Source of the DNA: Eledone cirrhosa
Taxonomy: Eukaryota
DNA: 64,000 nucleotides
Reading direction: 5' to 3'
NCBI GenBank assembly: GCA_964016885.1
Contig: OZ024741.1
Location: 129,518,001-129,582,000, forward strand
Both the position numbers and the translations under genes were made by a program. Positions 25,126 to 37,960 of this stretch are shown piece after piece (the stretch's first letter is position 1; each line of letters starts with the position of its first letter). Under the pieces are notes generated by a model. That model was not told the origin of the DNA and searched no databases. It saw only the letters and a program-made list of their open reading frames with translations.

Positions 25126-26955
25126 TCATCATCGTTTTTATGTCTGTTTTTTCACACACTTGCATGGGTTGGAGTGGTCCTTCTCAGCACAACATCCCTC
25201 TTACCTGTTGTTTTTCTTTGTCATTTTCTCTGTGAGTCTCATGGATTTGAGGTCAGTTCTCACAACCTCTGCCCAGTTATTTCTTGGTTGTTCTCTACTG
25301 TGGCTTCCTTCCATTAATCATTGTCCATGTACATCACATATTCATACCAATGCAGTCTTCTCTCCTGCACACCACCTTGGATTCCTCTTACACCCTGCTT
25401 CTCCCTCAACTTGTCCAATCTCTGCCTTTCTCTCACACTTAGATTGCACATTCAACAGAGCATGGTTGCTTCATTTCTCTCCAGTCTACACATGTCCTCT
25501 GCAGTTACAGCCCATGTTTCACTACCATACAACATCACACTTCACACACGGGCATCATACAGTCATCCTTTTGTACATAGAGAGAAACCTTTTGTGGTCA
25601 ACAGTAAGAGTAGCTCTCTAAACTTTTTCTATCCTATCCTTATTCTAGCTATTTTCCTCTCAGACCACCTTCCTCCATCACTAATTATGTCACCTAGATA
25701 GCAGAAGATACCAACCACTTCTATGGGTTCTTCCTGCGACAGGAATAGGCTTACATCACCCCTCTGTTACCCCTGTGCATCTTCTACAAACAAAGTTTTC
25801 TTTCCTGTTAGTCTACCTTTTATCTTCCACTATATCTCTTGTGTACCAAGATTTAATTGTGTATGTCTTATAGAGTTTATGCATACTCCCTTTCTACATA
25901 TTGAACTCGGCCACTTCTCTGAAGGAATCAGGTTCCTATCTTCTCTTCTACTCACTAGAACTTTAATTTTGACTGGGTTTACTCAGACCTTTTGATTCTA
26001 AATTCTATTTCCATAGTCGGAACATATTTTCTAGTTCTTTAATGGATTCGTCTATAAGGACCAGATCATCTGCACAGAGAAGTTCCCATGGGTAGCTGGT
26101 CTTAAACTCTTCTGTTATAGCTTGGAAAACTATAATTAATAGTATTGGACTAAGAACCAAACCCTGATGAACTCCTACCTGTACCTTGAATTCCTCACTA
26201 AAATGACTTCCTACTCTCACTTTAATGACAGCTTCTCTGTATATCGCTTGCACTGATCTCACCAATCATTCTTTTACACCTAATTTCCTTTATTATTTTT
26301 TTTTTTTTTAACTGTCAACTTCAATGGCTGGCCCATCTGTTGAGTAGGTTGGGGGAAGTTTCTCTACATTCATCAGTCTCTCATCGTAACATTTCCAGGC
26401 TTCTATCTTTTGAGCATCAATGGTGTTAAATGCACTGGTGTCATTTCTAACACACTTTTTCCCAACATCATGATTCACACTGACGCACTGTCTTGCAATG
26501 CAAAATACTTTGCATCTCTGTTCCTCACATTTCAGGATGTTGGCAAACTTATTTTCTTCAATTTCTCTCTGAGCTATGTATACCTGCTATCTAGCTTCTC
26601 TCTTGGCCACCTGGCACTGATCTGTGCTACCTCCATTTTCCCAGTCTTTCTATGCCTGTCTCTTATCTTTGATGGCTCTATCCACTGAGCTGTTCCACTA
26701 CTAGATCATCCACTGTCTGGCTGGTGTTCTACTCCAGCCAAAAGTCTTGCCAGTAATTTGCAAAAGGTTGTCACACAAGAATTTCCAGTTGTCCTTTACA
26801 TCATATGTATCTAGCTCATTAATTCTCTCATCATATGCATCATGTGGGGCCTTTCTAAACTTATATTCAACTGAGAGGTCCTTTAGCTCCTAACCCCCCT
26901 CCCCCCGATTCCATGCTTTCCTGCGTATCTTGTCCTATCTTGCATTTATTTTGAT
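25126..26955 (-). mobile_element. Degenerate RTE-clade LINE (RT and C-terminus)
   Basis: ORF 26005-26265 VGVHQGLVLSPILLIIV...PWELLCADDLVL (RT motifs); (GAT)n tail. Confidence 0.88.
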
Positions 26956-26960
26956 ATCAC

Positions 26961-26993
<33 letters not shown>

Positions 26994-28096
26994 TCCTCAC
27001 CATATGAGATGACATCTGGTGTACCACAGGGATCTGTTCTTGGCCCCCTTTTATTTGTGGCATATATTAATGACATAGATGCCAACTTAAAGAATGCCAC
27101 AGTACTAAAGTATGCAGACGACATCAAGCTGTACCTTGAGATAAAAAGGACAGATCCTGAACACTATAGATCTTGCTTGCAGTCTGACTTGGACACAGTG
27201 CAACAATGGATCTCAGACTGGCAACTCAAGCTAGCTGTGGACAAGTGCACCACCATGCATTTTGGGAGTAAAAACCCAGCATCCACATACTCCCTCCACA
27301 GCACTATTATCAAGTCTTCTTGTGAACGTGACCTGGGCATTACGGTCAGCAGCGATTTGCGTTAGACGAGGCACGTCTCTAAAATTGTCAAGAGGGCCGA
27401 GGATGTCTTAGCATCACTCAGCAAGAACTTTGTCAGCCGCTCTCCAGATATCTATTTAAGGCTGTACATGGCTATGGTGCGACCACACTTAGAATTTGCA
27501 TCACCAGTCTGGAACCCCTATCTTGCTCAGAACATTGACCGCCTGGAAACTGTTCAGAGACGTGCAACCAAGCGAATACCCTCCATCAACCAAGCGAATA
27601 CCCTCCATCAGGCATCTACCATACTCTGAGCGCCTTGCTTCCCTGGGCATGGATACATTGAAGCTCCGACGCCTGGCAACTGACTTGGTAAACACCCGCA
27701 AAATTGTTAACTATGTTGCCAACAACAACCCTGAGCACCCTTTTTGATTTCCATGTGTTTAGCACACGTGGACATGCCCACAAAGTCAGAAAACAGCACA
27801 GTTCCCATGACTTTCGGAAACATTTTTTCACGCTCAGAGTTGCTGAAGCATGGAACAAACTACCTGCATCAGTTGTTAGCTGTCGAGACACTGCATCCTT
27901 TAAAACCTCCATGCTTCCCGAGATCTGCCAACACTACAGCTAATGTTCCCTCTCCATACATATACCCACATGTATACCATGACTCATACACTATTCACTT
28001 CCCTGACATTTGTGTATTATTCTATGTACTATACATGCACCTTTGACGAGTTGTAGTGCACCTGAGCACTTTACACAATAATTTCATTATTATCAT

Positions 28097-28100
<4 letters not shown>
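26994..28100 (+). mobile_element. 5'-truncated CR1-clade LINE (RT to 3' end)
   Basis: SGVPQGSVLGPLLFVAYINDI...KYADDIKLY; ERDLGI; TRGHAHK; (ATT)n tail; internal 21-bp duplication near 27566-27610. Confidence 0.93.
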
Positions 28101-28128
<28 letters not shown>

Positions 28129-28137
28129 TTATATCAT

Positions 28138-28400
28138 CATCATCAATCATCGTTTAATGTCCATTTTCCATGCTAGCATAGGTTAGACAAGTTGTTCCAT
28201 CAGAGGCAGGTTGGGTCAGGTGACCCTGTCTTGTCCATATAGGACTGTTTCTGGCTAGATTTCCACAGCTGGATGCCCTTCCTAATGCCAACCACATTTA
28301 CAATGTATGCTGGGTGCGTTTTTGTCGTGACACCTACACGACCACTTTACAGTGAGGGCTGGATATTTTTGTGATGCCAACATAACTTTACAGTGTATTT
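28138..28400 (-). mobile_element. Non-autonomous repeat with RTE-like (GAT)n tail and internal ~47-bp tandem units (copies at ~17090-17310, 34085-34350, 36480-36825, 54640-54975, 58540-58838)
   Basis: Shared ggttggcattaggaagggcatccagctgtagaaa...catggaaaatggacgttaaacgatgatg and repeated cccagcccacactgtaaagtggtcgtgtaggtgtc. Confidence 0.75.
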
Positions 28401-29900
28401 ATATCTATATCTATCTAGGTGTGGGATAGACAACCACCACCATCTTAACCCTTTCATTACCATGTTTCTAATGAAAGACACTACCCATGGTTTTCAAATA
28501 ATTTTGAATATAATCAAGAATTTGAAAGCAATAATATAACTAATGTTTTTTCAAGCTGGTGTTTTAAACACATCTAGCAAACGTTCTCACATAGAATTAT
28601 GATGGAAGGTTTTTAGTTAAATGTAAACAATTTAAAACTATTTTGTGTTATAGATCCAGATTGGTATCAAAAATATTAAAGGAAATTTACTTACTATTTC
28701 TTGCAGGTCAAGCTACAATATAGAGGTTTCTTTGTTGAGTCAGCTCATATTGGGTAGACGTATGATGAAAATCATTCCACCCAACCTGTGTGTGTATGTA
28801 CATGTGTTTGTATGTATGTATGTATGTGTGTGTATTTGTATGTGTGTTTGAGTGTCATACCTCTAATTTCCAGTGACAAATGTTGGTGGTAGTGGTGGTG
28901 ATAGTGGTAGTACTGGTGATGGTGAGGCTGGGAGTGTTAGTGGTGAGGCTGGTGGTGGTGGTGGTGGTGGTTATAGTAGTATGAGTGGTGGTAGTAGTGG
29001 TGCTGGCAGTGGCAGTAGAGGCGGCAATAGTGATGATACTAGAGGTGTTGCTGCCTATTCCTATTTCAGAAACATGTTTCTCCATTCATAAGTAGAAAGG
29101 AATTTCATACAAGTAGGTTTTACAGCAGGTTTAATCATTAATGACGAGATGTGATTGCCATCTTACCATCTTCCTGGTTTTTGTTTTCCTCAATATACTA
29201 CACACAATATATATATTCAGATATAGCATCATCATTATCACCATCACCACCACCACCATCATCATCATTAATGTAGTACACATGGGGTGTGGGTGGAAAC
29301 AAAGCTCATCTATCTCATGGGATGTCTCACTGGTAGATCTTATCCAGAATGAGGTATATTTGTGTCCAGAAATGCCCAGCCTGACACAACCCTCAGGCCC
29401 TCAGAAAGTATAAATATATAACCCCAACACTCAGAGCAAAAACCACAACCTCCTTCCCCAACTGATCAAATGGTGAGAGAGAGATTCTGCTGCTATTTCC
29501 TGCTTCCTGTTACATGACACCACTCTGCCCTTCTGCTTCCAGCAAGGTCCTTTGGCCCCTCAGTTAGCACATTCAGTTTTTGATAATGGCATGGGTTAGA
29601 CAGAACTTTTTGAGAAAGTGTTTTACAACCTGATTGCCCTACCTGATGTATGGCATGCAAGTATATAATGTGCTCTCTCTAATTATCAACACTAGGGCAC
29701 TTGTTTGGAGCATAACTTAACAAAGTAAACTTACCCAAAGCTGGATTGAGGATCATCTGGGAAAGTTACTCAAGATGTATAACAAGTTGTGTGGTAAAGA
29801 TACCTAAGTTTGAATATCAGATCATCTGGGAAGATACATTTACATATTTGCATAAGGCGGTGGATTGGCAGTATCGGTAGAGGGTTGGACGCCATGCTTT

Positions 29901-31445
29901 CCCCGTAGCCAAGGGGATGCAAGGGGATGCCCGGCATCCCCTATCAAAAACAAATTTAGTTTTGGCATCCCCATCAAACAAGATTTTATTTAAAAAAATT
30001 AACACAACAGGTAAAGGCAAAATAAAACATTGACACAGAATAAGCCTATATAAGACAATATCACAATATTATATGGTTTGACTTGTATTTTATGTTATGG
30101 CTGGTTATCGTGGTGGTTTGCAACAATTATTGAATGAAAAAGTTGGTCGGAAAGTGGTATATATTCACTGTTTTTGTCACAAAATGGCTTTAGTTGTCAA
30201 GCGCTCTTTAACATCTATAAATAAAATTAATGATCACATGGAGGCACATGGCTTAGTGGTTAGAGCATTGGCCTTGCAATCGAAAGGTTGTGAGTTCAAT
30301 TCTCAGACCGGGTGATGTGTTGTTTCCTTGAGCAAGACACTTTATTTCACATTGCTCCAGTTTACTCAGCTGTAGAAATGAGATGATAGGGACTGGGGTC
30401 CCTATAAAGTGAACGTGTAGGTGCCACGGTAAAAAAGCACCCAGCACTCACTGTAAATGAGGTTGGTGTTAGGAAGGGCATCCAGCTGTAGAAATCAAGC
30501 CAGAATCAGTTCCCGTCCCACCCTTGCAAGCAGGGAAAAGCGGACGTAAAATGAAATGATGAAATGATATAATATTGTGTGTAATTTATGCAATCATTTC
30601 AAATTGGTTGATATTTGAAAACATTACAAAGGGAAAGCATTAAAGCGTTTAATTGAAACACGGTGGTCAGGTTATTTTGAAACTATCAACGCAATTAATA
30701 GTGAGTTTAATGATATATTAGACTGTTTACATATTACCTCAACTGATAAAAGCGTTAAACTTGATCATTGTATAACATCATCTGGTCTTTATGCTCAAAT
30801 ATTTAATTCAGTGTTTATCTTATGTAACAAAATTTTAAAAGAAATGTTACAAATATTAAATATTGCTAGTCTGACTTTTCAACTAAAAACAGCAAATATA
30901 CTCAACAATATTAATGTCATTAAAGAGTATCAAGCAGAAATACAAGCCATAACCAATTTATATTCTATAGAGAAGATTCGTGAGAATTTGAAGTTTCTGC
31001 AAACTTACTATATGAACCAGAATCGACAACCATATCGAAATTGCACAATGCCTCATCGATTTGATTCATGTATAATTGATTGCAGCATTCCATCAAGGCA
31101 AATCATAGGAAGTTCCGCGGAAAATATTCGTCAAATCGTTGTAGAATTAAAAGGTATTTTGGTATCGGAGTTTAACAATCGATTCAATGAATATAATTGT
31201 AATTTATGGATATCGATGTATGCATTACGTCTAGAATCTGAAAATTTTTTAGATGCAACAATTCTGGAACCGTTACTGGATTATGCAAAAACCATTCCAA
31301 TCATGAAAAAATTTATTGAAGATAATAATATTGATATCGATTTATTAAAAGCTCAATGTAGTGTCCATATAAGTCTTGTAAAAAACTATTTTGGTAAACG
31401 ATGTAATACTGAAACAATAGATATTCAAGATATATATAAATTGCG
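29901..31445 (+). mobile_element. hAT (Tip100/ZMYM1-like) transposon remnant
   Basis: GC-rich end ccccgtagccaaggggatgc...; YIHCFCHKMALVV (CxxH motif), KRLIETRWSG near 30640-30672, ORF 30811-31445 with SEFNNRF; interrupted by a SINE. Confidence 0.8.
30236..30570 (+). mobile_element. CORE-type tRNA-derived SINE, full length
   Basis: A box tggcttagtgg, B box gagttcaattc, tccttgagcaagacactt core, RTE-like tail (aaatg)n. Confidence 0.85.
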
Positions 31446-32611
31446 CCACCGCAACTACAACCAAAACCCCATCATCACCACTACAACCACCATCACAACT
31501 ACCACCACCACAACAACCACCATCATCATCACCACCACCACCACCCTCAACACTAATAATTAACCATGTAATGAACTTAACTGCAGATGTTTTTAGTTGG
31601 CAGAAATTTAGAGGAATTTACTGGATTCTGTTGAGGGACATTAAGGTGAGAATTGTTCATTTTTGCTATATATATATATGTGTGTATATATACATATATG
31701 TGTGTGTGTGTGTGTGTGTGTGTATTTGTGTTATAAACATATGTTGTGGGGTTTCATTAAGAGGTAGAGGGTTAAGGAGGCTGATTGTTTGATGGTGGTG
31801 GGAGAGATGGTTGTAGTGGGAAGAACAGTTTGTAAAGGTATAAACAGATATTGTAGTCTAGTGTAAACGAATAGTGTGTGGATGTATGTATGTATGTATG
31901 TATGTATGTATTTATATATGCATGTTTGTATATAATAAAGCTCTTCATCATTAACATTGCTACTACTACCACCACCACCATCATCATCATCAACATCAAA
32001 ACAGCACCACCACCACCCCCATCACCATAATGGCTTTCTTGGATGACCCTTATTTTATTTCCATTGGATCTATTAAATATCATATATTATATATAATTTG
32101 TATAAGATTGGGGCCCCTAGCATTAAAACACCCAAGAGATCTTTAATGAGATGCAACCTACCTCAAAGAGATGAGCTAAACTTAGATGGGTTTGGACTGT
32201 AACAATAACATATAAATATGTATGTATGTGTGTGTGTGAGTTTGTGTATATATATATATAAAATATATGTATGACTTATACATATGTACACACACATACA
32301 CACATATATATATTTATTATTATTAGCACAGATTAAAAGTTTAAGTAAACAATTTCTCCTTTCACCCTAAGCGGGATCATCTGTTACTTATATATATATT
32401 GATAGATAGGTGGATATATATATATATATATATATATACATACAACCCTTATCAAGTCCTCTCTGGATTTTGGTCTTTGTATTTATTATTACTAATATAT
32501 ATATATTCATCGTCATCATCATCATTTAAAGTCCATTTTCCACACTAGCATGGGTTAGATGGGGTGTCCCATTCGAGGCAAGTCAGGTCAGGTGACTGTC
32601 TTGTGTATATA

Positions 32612-33494
32612 GAGGGTGCGGACGATTTTTGTTCGCAAGATTACTGTCTAGGAAAAAAATAACACAGTAGTTTTATCTTTTAAGATATATTTATCAAACT
32701 TGGGTCAGTTTGTCTTCATGACTTGTTCTTTCGATCTCACTCAATACACCTGCCATTGGCTTTGATGACGGCCTCAAGGCGGCCTCGGAACCGGCTACAG
32801 GCCTTCGTCACTGTCCCCCGACTAAAGGCACTTGTGATCCTGGCCTTCAGATCGTCTTTCATATTGCAGCTAGATCTGTTGGTGTCTCGTTCCACTGCGC
32901 CCCACACAAAGAAGTCGAGGGGTTGCAGTCAGGCGAGCTGGGAGGCCAGATGTCAGGTGAAGTGTGGTCGACAAAGTTCTCTGACAGCCAGGCTTGGGTC
33001 TTTCGGCTGGTATGGCAGGGCGCTGAGTCTTGCTGCCACATGTACGGCCCACCTGCAGCTACCTGGTCGATCCAGGGCTTTACTACCTCGCTCAGAACGC
33101 GGATGTAGTCATTGGTGTTCAGCTTGAGGCCCTCAGGGAAGAAGTGAGGTGGCATGACGTCACCTTGACTGCTGACGACACCTAAGACCAATGTTGTCGC
33201 TGGAAACTTTGTCTACATGACTCTGGGCATGTCTTTGGATGAGACACTATTCTCCTGCTGATGCTAAGCAAGTCTGAAATTTCCTCATTTGTCCTCCCGG
33301 CACGGATTCCAAGAAGAACTCCGTGTCTCTTCCACAAATTTGGAGGTTCAAAATTATTCATAATCAATTATTCTGAAAATAAATAATGGAAATATAGTCA
33401 CTATTTTTATGAAGACAAGAGTGACAACGGAAGTAAAAAAAATTTGCATAAAATTACCAGTTGAAAATTGTGAATAAATATTGTCCACACCCTG
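32612..33494 (-). mobile_element. Internally deleted Tc1/mariner DD37D (maT) element
   Basis: TIRs cagggtgtggacaatatttattcacaa / ttgcgaacaaaaatcgtccgcaccctc; TA flanks; WQQDSAPCH...WPPSSPDCNP with frameshifts. Confidence 0.9.
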
Positions 33495-33519
33495 TACATA
33501 TATATATACACACATATCA

Positions 33520-33567
<48 letters not shown>

Positions 33568-33569
33568 CA

Positions 33570-33621
<52 letters not shown>

Positions 33622-33659
33622 CATATATATTATATATATATATATATACACACATATCA

Positions 33660-33710
<51 letters not shown>

Positions 33711-33780
33711 TATCATATATATTATATATATATTTATATATTTAAAAAAAATATATATATAAATATACACACATATATAA

Positions 33781-34076
33781 GGTTATGAGTTCAATTCCCA
33801 GACCGGGTGATGTGTTGTTTCCTTGAGCAAGACACTTTATTTCACATTGCTCCAGTTTACTCAGCTGTAGAAATGAGATGATAGGGACTGGGGTCCCTAT
33901 CATTCCACTGCAAAGTGGTCGTGGAGGTGCCACGGCAAAAAAGCACCCAGCACTCACTGTTAATGAGGTTGGTGTTAGGAAGGGCATCCAGCTGTAGAAA
34001 TCAAGCCAGAATCAGTTCCCGTCTCACCCTTGCAAGCAGGGAAAAAGCGGATGTGAAATGAAATGATGATGATGAT
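33781..34076 (+). mobile_element. CORE-type SINE, 5'-truncated
   Basis: Colinear with 30287-30570. Confidence 0.85.
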
Positions 34077-34499
34077 ATATATCAGCAGCATCATCATCAC
34101 CATTTAATGCCCATTTTTCCACACTAACATGAGTTAGGCAAGTTGTCCTGTTGTGAGACAAGTCAGATCAGGTGACTATGAGTTGCTCATACAGAACTGT
34201 TTTGGGCTTGGTTTCTATGGCTGGATGCCCTTCCTACTGCCAACCACATTTACTGGGTGCTTTTCATTGTGACACCAATACAACCACTTTACAGTATTGC
34301 CTGGGTACTTTTTGTTGTGACACATACACAACCACTTTACAGTGCGGACTGGAGGTTGGGGTGGTAGCAATGCATAGGTACTGGAGAGGTAGATCTAGTG
34401 TGAGGGTGTGGATGAAGGGTGGAGTGTTAGGATGTGAGTGGCGTGTTATGGCGTGGGAGATGTATGGAAGAGGGAGGGGGTATAAGGGAAAGTAGTGCA

Positions 34500-35375
34500 T
34501 ACTAGATGTATACTTCAACCTGTGTACATGGGAAGGCGAGTCCTCTATATTATTACATAACAAGCAGAGATCTCGATCATATGTCATAGCCTTTGAGAGG
34601 TGTAATTGCGCAAGGTCTGCTTTTATCACCTCATCCCAAGTCTTCCTAGGCTGCTCCTACTCCATAACTTCCATCAACTCTGAGCACTTTTGTATACAAC
34701 TGTCATCCTTCATACACATCACATGCCCATACCAACTCAATCCTCTCTCCTGCACACTGCAGCTGATCCTTCTTATAGCCAGTTTCTTTCTCAGTTCATT
34801 TATGCTTTGTCATTCATGTATACTATTACTATTACTCATCCATTGAAGCATGTAAGCTTCATTTCGTTCCAGTCTTTGCAGGTCTTCAGCACAGAGCACC
34901 TAGGTCTCACTATCATGTAACATTGCTGATTGTATGCACCATACAATCTGCCATTCATTTTGATAGCAAATCCTTTTGTAGCTAGCAGTGATAGTAGCTC
35001 CCTGAACTTTTTCCATCCAGTCCTTACTCTGGCTACTGTACTTTTGACTTAACCATCTCCACTGCTAATTTGGTCACCCAGGTAACAGAAGCTGGTAACT
35101 GCTTCTACAGAACCTTCCAAGAATTTCATAGTACTTATTTCCTATGAGTGTTACTTACTGCTCCTGTGCAACACCCACAAGTAAAACCTATGCTCTTAGC
35201 AAACCTAACTGAGATCCTACCACATCTCTTGCGTACCAATAGCTTGCATTTGGAGCAGAGGATGGAATTTCTACCCAGCCCTTTCCTACAGACTGAACAG
35301 GGTCATTTCCCAGAAGGGATCAGGGTCGTGTTTTCTTTACTACTTACTAGAACTTTGGTCCTTGCAAATTGACTT
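34500..35375 (-). mobile_element. RTE-clade LINE 3' fragment
   Basis: Minus strand PSGK*PCSVCRKGLGRNSILCSKCKLLVRKRC ... ARVRTGWKKFRELL ... WYGHV. Confidence 0.85.
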
Positions 35376-35553
35376 TAATGCAAATTTGACTTGGCATTAC
35401 TCACAATTGAGTATGACTTGGTAATATGTACCATGCTTTCTTTAAGGGTTTTAGGTAACCATTCAGACACAGACATACTCTCCACCCCTCTTCCCATGAT
35501 CTAGCAGAACATCCAGAATGTGACAGTTAGGAGAGTTAACTGCTCCAGCTATA

Positions 35554-35603
<50 letters not shown>

Positions 35604-35606
<3 letters not shown>

Positions 35607-36410
35607 GGAAATGGCCAAGCTCTGTGTGTAGGAAAGCAGTAGGCGGAAATTCCATTTTATGTCCCAAATGCAAACTATGGGTACATAAAAGATGTAGTGG
35701 GATCAAAGGTAAGCTATCTAAGAACATAGATTTTATATGTGGCCGATGCTCAGGTGCAATAAGTAGCAAGTGCCCACATGATTCTAGCTCCTTCTATTGC
35801 TCAGATGGTTCTATAGAAATACTGGACACCTTCCGTTGACAAAATCAGCAGTGGTGGAGAGTACTCTGAAAGTACAGTAGCCAGAGTCAGAACGGGATGG
35901 AAAAGGTTCAGATAGCTTATACCGCTGTTGGCCATTAAAGGTATCTCTCTAAAACTGAAAGGCAGATTGTATGATGCCTGTATAGGAACAGCAATGTTAC
36001 ATGGCAGTGAGACATTGTGTGCAGAGGACTTGCACAGACTGGAGAGAAACGAAGCATGCATGCTCCATTGGATGTGTAATAGTAATATACGTGAATGGCA
36101 AAGCATAAATGAACTAAGTGAGAAATTAGGAATAAGAGGGATCAGATGTTGTTTACTTGAGAGAAGACTACGTTGGTATGGTCACGTGATGCGCATGTTA
36201 GACGACAGCTGTATAAAAAAGTGCAGGGCGATCAAAATTGATGGAAGTTACGTAGTTGGTAGACCCAGAAAATCCTGGAACGATTTGATAAATTCTGAAC
36301 TTACACACTTACACCTCTCCAAGACAATGTCACTGGACCAAGATCTTTGGCGCTATGCAGTAATACAGAAGACCCGCCTTGCCTATGTACAAAGCGAAAC
36401 CTACAGTCAG
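35604..36410 (+). mobile_element. RTE-clade LINE 3' fragment
   Basis: GKWPSSVCRKAVGGNSILCPKCKLWVHKRC...FICGRC; KGRLYDAC...LHGSE; RRLRWYGHVMRM; GRPRKSW. Confidence 0.88.
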
Positions 36411-36887
36411 TAGGCACCTCTTAACCAAATATACACCCCATCCCACTACTCCACCCTCCCTCTCCCACCAACACCACCCTTTCTCTGTAAAGTTATGTTG
36501 GTACCAAAACATCCAGTCCAAAATAAATGAGGTTGTGTAGGTGTCACAACAGAAACACACACAGTCCACGCTGTAATGTGGCCGTGTAGGTAACATGGTA
36601 AAAACCTCCCAGTCCACACTGTAAATGTGGTTGGTGTTAGGAAGGGTATCCAGCCATAGAAAACCTGCCAGACAGTCCTATATGAGCGAGACACGGTCAC
36701 CCGACCAATCTTGCCTCAAGTAGGACAATTCCTGTCTAAACCCATGGAAGATAGACGTTTAAACGATGATGATGATATATAACCCATGCTAGCGTGGAAG
36801 ATAGATGTTAAACGATGATGATGATGTACACACAACGAAGAATAAGTATGCATAATGGGTTTTTACAACAATTTATTCTGAAATTTT

Positions 36888-36965
36888 CCATTACAAATGT
36901 TTCAGCAGGTTTGACAACTATGTAGTGTGTTGGCTCCATAGCATCAATCTGGCCTCTTCAGATGG
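36888..36965 (-). ncRNA. Type I hammerhead ribozyme with long stem II, family B
   Basis: Minus strand: CCAT CTGAAGA GGC-CAGATTGATGCTATG...CATAGTTGTCAAACCT-GCT GAAAC ATTT GTA|ATGG; intact core, stem I CCAU/AUGG, GUA triplet. Confidence 0.7.
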
Positions 36966-37192
36966 TTTTCTGAACATTATTTTTAGCCACCCCTGGTTCT
37001 CTGGCAAACCTAGGGTAAAGAGCTAGGGGAACTGATAAAATTCAATCTCCTGTCTCTCAATATCAACTCACCTATGTGAGAGAGGAGATTGAATTTTATT
37101 AGTTCTCCATCTCTCCACTCTAAGTTCTCCAGAAAACCAGGGGTGAATAAAATAATGTTTGGAAGATCATCTGAAAAGACCAGATTGATGAT

Positions 37193-37960
37193 ATGGCACA
37201 AACACAATACATTGTTGTCAAAGCCATTGAAACATCTGTAATGGCACAAACACAATACATTGTTGTCAAAGCCATTGAAACATCTGTAATGGCACAAACA
37301 CAATACATTGTTGTCAAAGCCATTGAAACATCTATAATGGCACAAACACAATACATTGTTGTCAAAGCCATTGAAACATCTGTAATGGCACAAACACAAT
37401 ACATTGTTGTCAAAGCCATTGAAACATCTGTAATGGCACAAACACAATACATTGTTGTCAAAGCCATTGAAACATCTGTAATGGCACAAACACAATACAT
37501 TGTTGTCAAAGCCATTGAAACATCTGTAATGGCACAAACACAATACATTCTTGTCAAAGCCATTGAAACATCTGTAATGGCACAAACACAATACATTGTT
37601 GTCAAAGCCATTGAAACATCTGTAATGGCACAAACACAATACATTCTTGTCAAAGCCATTGAAACATCTGTAATGGCACAAACACAATACATTCTTGTCA
37701 AAGCCATTGAAACATCTGTAATGGCACAAACACAATACATTGTTGTCAAAGCCATTGAAACATCTGTAATGGCACAAACACAATACATTCTTGTCAAAGC
37801 CATTGAAACATCTGTAATGGCACAAACACAATACATTGTTGTCAAAGCCATTGAAACATCTGTAATGGCACAAACACAATACATTCTTGTCAAAGCCATT
37901 GAAACATCTGTAATGGCACAAACACAATACATTCTTGTCAAAGCCATTGAAACATCTGTA
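37193..37960 (+). repeat. 16 x 48-bp near-perfect tandem array
   Basis: Unit atggcacaaacacaatacatt(g/c)ttgtcaaagccattgaaacatctgta; 768 bp = 16 units. Confidence 0.97.
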
